Below are positions 16,401 to 20,525 of a stretch of 20,525 nucleotides of DNA, piece by piece; within the stretch, counting starts at the first letter, position 1; each line of letters starts with the position of its first letter. This stretch comes from an uncultured virus (IMG/VR IMGVR_UViG_3300005239_003333) (lineage: Duplodnaviria > Heunggongvirae > Uroviricota > Caudoviricetes): the IMG/VR virus record IMGVR_UViG_3300005239_003333. The stretch is one strand, 5' to 3'. The notes beneath the pieces were generated by a model. The model ran no database searches, had not been told where the DNA came from, and worked only from the letters and a program-made list of their open reading frames with translations. A program made the translations under genes and the position numbers.

Positions 16401-17250
16401 TCTAGCGATAGGGTTTTAAAAGCTCACTGCTTCGGTACAATAGCGAGATATATGAATGCCACAACGTGGGAAAAAGATAATAAATCGATAGTTTACAGCA
16501 CTTTTCCTACTCTATCTGCGTTGGACAAGGTCACTATGAATTATATCTATGGAGCGACGCCATGGCAGAAGGTTATAAGTAAGAAGGATGCACAACAACC
16601 TATAATACCTTCCAGCTGGATGAACCATCAAATTACGGACTCTAGAAAATTCTCATGGCAAAGTTTTACAGCCTGGCAGGCTTATAGAGATGTATATAGA
16701 ACTAAAGGCGTTACTTATAATAGATCGAGCAATTTAACAGACTTGGCGCCGAAAGGGCAACTCTTATACGGTGGTACTGGTGCCGCTGCTGTTCATGATC
16801 TACCGGCGTATAATAAATACGATGGAAACTTCTTATCAAATCGCCCACCCGCAGCTGATGGTACGAGTTCGAACTATTATTTTAGACCAGGTACTAATCA
16901 AAATTTAAAAGACGACTATTTGTTGTTCGATAGACACGGATTCACAAACGAAGGCTTTGCCGCTAGTAGTAAGATCCCATACCAGACGCCAGATATGGGA
17001 CCCGATTATATAGTTTGTAGAATAGCAACACCTAATGGTTATGTACCATGGTACAATCCATCATCGACTAGTTGGTTTTATCAGTCGGTAAAATTACGAC
17101 CCATTACTAACGCTCTATGGGTAAATTCTTATGCTGCTATTCAATCTTTAAATATAAGTACACCTGGGTTACAGGGGCAAGTACTTGATGTAGTAGAGGA
17201 TCATTGCTGGCTCATTAAAGGCCATCGCAATTGGGTATCGCTAGGAGATG
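13432..17250 (+). CDS. giant virion/tail-associated protein, paralogue 2 (single gene split by 1-nt indel near 15733; 3' end in gap)
   Basis: ORFs 13432..15747 and 15705..17250 together align collinearly with paralogue 1 (IPYGCMEG vs IP[G]VCMTG). Confidence 0.8.
15817..15910 (+). repeat. near-identical block shared with 8715-8808
   Basis: 94 nt with one mismatch by eye. Confidence 0.9.
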
Positions 17251-17593
17251 NNNNNNNNNNNNNNNNNNNNNNNNNNNNNNNNNNNNNNNNNNNNNNNNNN
17301 NNNNNNNNNNNNNNNNNNNNNNNNNNNNNNNNNNNNNNNNNNNNNNNNNNNNNNNNNNNNNNNNNNNNNNNNNNNNNNNNNNNNNNNNNNNNNNNNNNNN
17401 NNNNNNNNNNNNNNNNNNNNNNNNNNNNNNNNNNNNNNNNNNNNNNNNNNNNNNNNNNNNNNNNNNNNNNNNNNNNNNNNTAAAACACGAAGTAGACGCC
17501 ATATGCTACATTAAACGGTGCGACCGCGATAGTTGTATAATTAACGCGAATATAATTTTCTTTTAGATTTTCTTTCATTTTTGTATGTTTAGT

Positions 17594-17601
17594 TATAAAT
17601 A
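17594..17601 (+). promoter_or_regulatory. T4-like late promoter TATAAATA
   Basis: exact consensus 6 nt before ATG 17608. Confidence 0.7.
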
Positions 17602-17607
17602 ATTTAT

Positions 17608-17862
17608 ATGAGTGCTTTAACAGTAAATTTAACAAAATCAGTAGATTACACCGCAACACCGGCCGAGATAGTCACACTACCAAAGGGCGATATTGTAATA
17701 AACCGTATTGTCGATATTCCTGGTAATAAAAAAGTCATAGTTTTTGTTGATGGTGTTGGTCGTTTAGAACTAGCAGCTCTTAGTGATGCTAATTACGATT
17801 CACCTGCTGAATGGACTAATGCAGATGTCGTAGCAGCAGTAAAAGCTATACTAACTAGCTAG
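17608..17862 (+). CDS. small late (likely structural/tail accessory) protein, 84 aa
   Basis: clean ORF behind TATAAATA box. Confidence 0.75.
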   Translation: MSALTVNLTKSVDYTATPAEIVTLPKGDIVINRIVDIPGNKKVIVFVDGVGRLELAALSDANYDSPAEWTNADVVAAVKAILTS

Positions 17863-18016
17863 ACAGTTTTCGATTCTTTTTAATAGCTTCGTCAATCTTC
17901 TGCGTTACCTTAATACCTACTACCTCGTTATAAACAAGAGGTCCTCGAGATCTACCAGTTGTTTTACCGATATGACTTTTTAATTGGGTTCTTCCTTCTA
18001 GATTTTTCTTACTCAT
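17855..18016 (-). CDS. hypothetical basic protein (53 aa, MSKKNLEGRTQLKSHIGK...)
   Basis: manual translation; ATGA overlap with upstream ORF. Confidence 0.6.
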   Translation of the reverse strand: MSKKNLEGRTQLKSHIGKTTGRSRGPLVYNEVVGIKVTQKIDEAIKKNRKLSS

Positions 18017-18237
18017 AATACTTGCCCTCCTTCCGGGACTTCGTTTAGTAACGTTACAATATCATTAGGGTTAACATAAGTCATACTCTGACCGCCATTA
18101 CCTTCTGCCACTAGATACTCTGTACGTCCGTTTTTTTCTATAATTTGTTGAATATGACCACTAGCGTGAAACTCTGTCTCGCTACCAGCATATTTAACTC
18201 TGTATGTGATATAATCACCTTCTTTTTGTTGTCTCAT
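18013..18237 (-). CDS. hypothetical protein (74 aa, possibly SH3-like beta barrel)
   Basis: ORF; TATAAT 8 nt upstream; KEGDYI.Y...GHI.QI...YLV pattern. Confidence 0.7.
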   Translation of the reverse strand: MRQQKEGDYITYRVKYAGSETEFHASGHIQQIIEKNGRTEYLVAEGNGGQSMTYVNPNDIVTLLNEVPEGGQVL

Positions 18238-18255
18238 ATATATATATTATAATAT

Positions 18256-18426
18256 CTATTTGCCTGTTTTGCTAGCCATTTTTTTTGAATAGCTTAATAT
18301 TTCTTCCTTAAAACTTTTAAGGTCTAACGCCAGTTGGTCATTACCACCATCTTCGGCTCTATTAATAAACTTATCTATTTTAAGTATAAACTGTGAAAAT
18401 AAAAACTCTGTCATTTCATCTTTCAT
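18256..18426 (-). CDS. hypothetical protein (likely start MKDEMTEFLF..., 56 aa)
   Basis: ORF track start lies upstream of a hairpin; ATG at 18426 follows the hairpin. Confidence 0.6.
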   Translation of the reverse strand: MKDEMTEFLFSQFILKIDKFINRAEDGGNDQLALDLKSFKEEILSYSKKMASKTGK

Positions 18427-18437
18427 AATAATTGAGA

Positions 18438-18465
18438 AGCTGGGGACACGTTTGCATCCCCAGCT
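18438..18465 (-). terminator. intergenic hairpin (terminator/processing-like)
   Basis: AGCTGGGGATGC-AAAC-GTGTCCCCAGCT on minus strand, 12 bp with two G-U pairs; weak U tract. Confidence 0.5.
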
Positions 18466-18473
18466 GAAACACT

Positions 18474-18668
18474 TCAATTAGAGGCAGCTAAATGATCCAT
18501 CAAGATATAAGATATCTCAACTTCAAAATCTTTCTGCGTCTTAACACTTTCAGTACTTATGAATACTGGATCGAGACCGCTAAGGTCACCAACCGTATCA
18601 TAAGCCTTAATAGCCTCACCCTCATTTTGAATAAAGGTATAGCCTTGAGTTACTTCTTTGAATTGCAT
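18474..18668 (-). CDS. hypothetical protein (64 aa)
   Basis: ORF; ATAAATA box 5 nt upstream. Confidence 0.7.
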   Translation of the reverse strand: MQFKEVTQGYTFIQNEGEAIKAYDTVGDLSGLDPVFISTESVKTQKDFEVEISYILMDHLAASN

Positions 18669-18690
18669 AATACTATTTATCTCAATTATG

Positions 18691-19692
18691 TTACTGATTT
18701 ACTAAAGAGAGAAGTTTTGTACCTCGCTCAATTGTTCGTTCTGCAAGCTCTCCGTTATTAACAACAGTCCAGAAGCTTTGCTTATTCATACGACCTAACC
18801 CGAATTCTGACGAGACGTATTGGTTAAGACGGTTCTTACCCTTACCACGAGTACTATTATGTGAGTAGTAGTCAGTTACTGCAGAGAACGCATCTGCGTA
18901 GTTCTCTCCTCGGTTACCAGCACCTCGCTTAAACAATGTATTCAAGCTATCTACCGTATTTAAACAGCGTGTACTAAGTCCTTCCTTAGGGTTATTACGC
19001 ATCAAGAATCCAGTAAACAATGACTGGGCTTTCTTTTCAGTAATTCGTTTCTTGAGAAGCTTATCAAACTTCTGACGGAAATCTTCCTGAGTACCGAGAA
19101 AGTCCTCTACTACATTAGATAGATCAGCAAGTTTAAGCTCGATATCACCGCGGTGAACTGCACTACCTACCATTGCTGATTTATTATTTAAATTATATGT
19201 AAACGTATTATCGCAGACAGTACATACATTCGTATTATTGATCCAGAGCTTAGATGTCTGATCATGAGCATTACCGAAGTTAAGATAGTCCTCAAACTCC
19301 CGATCACCAACTTTATACTTACTCTTACCATCTAGGCTTACAGTAACAAAAACTTTACCTCTTCCGCAGACCGAACCAACAGATTCAATTTTAGCTTTAG
19401 GTAGTCTTTGCATTGCATCACTAACTAAGTCCAAAAACTTCTCGTTAGTAATTTCCTTATACGAAGGAGACATTGGTTTACCGATAATCTTATCATCGTC
19501 AGTACCTACTAGGATACCATAACCTGTCTCTTGTTCATTACCATCTACATCGACGTATGTAAGCGGCTTACGCTCTACGTCCCATTTAGTCAAGACGTTA
19601 TCACTAACGTCGATTTTATCAACGACATCGGTTAAACCGTGCCATGCTTGGCTCAAACCTACTTGAGCATCGTTTTCTTTTATGTTATGCAT
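18691..19692 (-). CDS. DUF932 (TIGR03299-like) phage/plasmid protein
   Basis: AWHGL...WDV...Y..ITNE.F...GSV.G...VF...NAHD...VCDNT...AFSAVTDYYSH pattern. Confidence 0.8.
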   Translation of the reverse strand: MHNIKENDAQVGLSQAWHGLTDVVDKIDVSDNVLTKWDVERKPLTYVDVDGNEQETGYGILVGTDDDKIIGKPMSPSYKEITNEKFLDLVSDAMQRLPKAKIESVGSVCGRGKVFVTVSLDGKSKYKVGDREFEDYLNFGNAHDQTSKLWINNTNVCTVCDNTFTYNLNNKSAMVGSAVHRGDIELKLADLSNVVEDFLGTQEDFRQKFDKLLKKRITEKKAQSLFTGFLMRNNPKEGLSTRCLNTVDSLNTLFKRGAGNRGENYADAFSAVTDYYSHNSTRGKGKNRLNQYVSSEFGLGRMNKQSFWTVVNNGELAERTIERGTKLLSLVNQ

Positions 19693-19726
19693 TTTTATAC
19701 ATTGTTATTATTAAACTCTTATATAT

Positions 19727-19742
19727 ATTATATAGTAGTTCC
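19727..19742 (-). promoter_or_regulatory. early-type promoter motif GGAACT-ACTA-TATAAT
   Basis: exact motif; A-rich leader without SD before ATG 19692. Confidence 0.75.
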
Positions 19743-19821
19743 AATCGGTTTTCAAGGAGTTATTCCTTTAAAGTTAAAAGAGTAGTTTAAAGACTTACTC
19801 AGGTCATGAACCATATAAAAT

Positions 19822-20525
19822 TTAGCTAGCTACTTTTAAGAATAATTTCATACTATCAGCTGCATTAAGCAGACCGTTTACGTTACCTCCGTTATCGAGA
19901 TTTTTATGCTTGTAAATAGCACTCTTACCTTTACCGAACTTATCTATCTTACCGTTAAGTACTAACTCTCTAAGCAAGTTATAAGCGCGGTTATATTCTA
20001 CACCCAGCTCAGTCATTACTCTATCAGCAGTAAGATGAGGAGGCTCAGTAATATTCAATATCGCCTCTAGATCTTTAGCCTTACGACCCTTCTTACTAGG
20101 AGCTTTATTTTCACTCTCTTCTACTTTTACAGGAGCTGAAAAGTCATAACCTTTAGCACCGATGAACAAAGTTAACTCATTAAGAGCGCCGAAACGATTC
20201 TTAGTAAAAAAGATCTTACGAGCATCATCATCAATATCACCATCGATTACAATATTCATATTAACATCGACAGTATGAGGTACAATAGTACCACCCTTAA
20301 GCTTACCGTCTTTAGTAAGATGCATAATAAAGAATACAGTACACTCTTTATCTTTAGCAGCTCTAGTAAGCTTACTTACAGCATACTTTTCTAGAGCTCT
20401 ACTATTCATCTTCTTCTTAGAAGTTAGAGCCTGAAAGCTATCTATCACAAGAGCATCAAGATCGTCCATTGCATCCGCTAGGTCATCATATCAGTCATAT
20501 TAGCGACTGCTACCTCTTAACCCCA
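19822..20525 (-). CDS. RadA/Sms-like RecA-family ATPase (C-terminal part; continues beyond window) with winged-helix tail
   Basis: Walker B LVIDSFQ, HLTKDG..KG...HTVDV, KNRFG signature. Confidence 0.8.

Noticed and set aside
6470..17250. Diversity-generating retroelement (TR/VR pair) explaining the repeated blocks
   Set aside because: Mismatches are not adenine-specific (C/T and T/A at third positions), both copies are coding, variation is mainly by large indels, and no reverse transcriptase is in the window
6902..18761. Small ORFs inside or opposite large genes (6902, 7593, 9381, 9425, 10949, 12536, 14177, 15131, 18492) and ORFs spanning the 17251-17480 gap
   Set aside because: Overlap well supported genes or consist mostly of N-derived residues

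Overview
AT-rich (marine-looking) large T4-like/myovirus-type phage scaffold with four N-gaps and several probable homopolymer indel errors. The minus strand carries a dense run of small 'early' genes: a T5orf172/GIY-YIG-like protein, a YodL-like protein, a lipoprotein, a HAD phosphatase, a DUF932 protein, a RadA/Sms-like ATPase, a BirA-like ligase and many hypotheticals. It also carries two tRNAs (Ile2/Met-CAT, Arg-TCT). These are punctuated by 13 copies of an unusual promoter-like motif, GGAAC(T)-N4-TATAAT, which in 9 cases lies 6-7 nt before an ATG (apparently leaderless mRNAs). The plus strand carries 'late' virion-type genes behind T4-like TATAAATA boxes: a cupredoxin-tipped structural protein, a beta-propeller, a sulfotransferase-like fragment, and two giant paralogues built from a conserved framework with about 10 length-variable aromatic/Gly/Ser-rich inserts. 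Highlights are the leaderless promoter-cassette architecture, a promoter-driven structured small RNA candidate, the framework/hypervariable-loop paralogue pair, and a BirA homologue whose biotin-binding residues are replaced by hydrophobic ones. All family calls are from motif recognition by eye; no searches were run.
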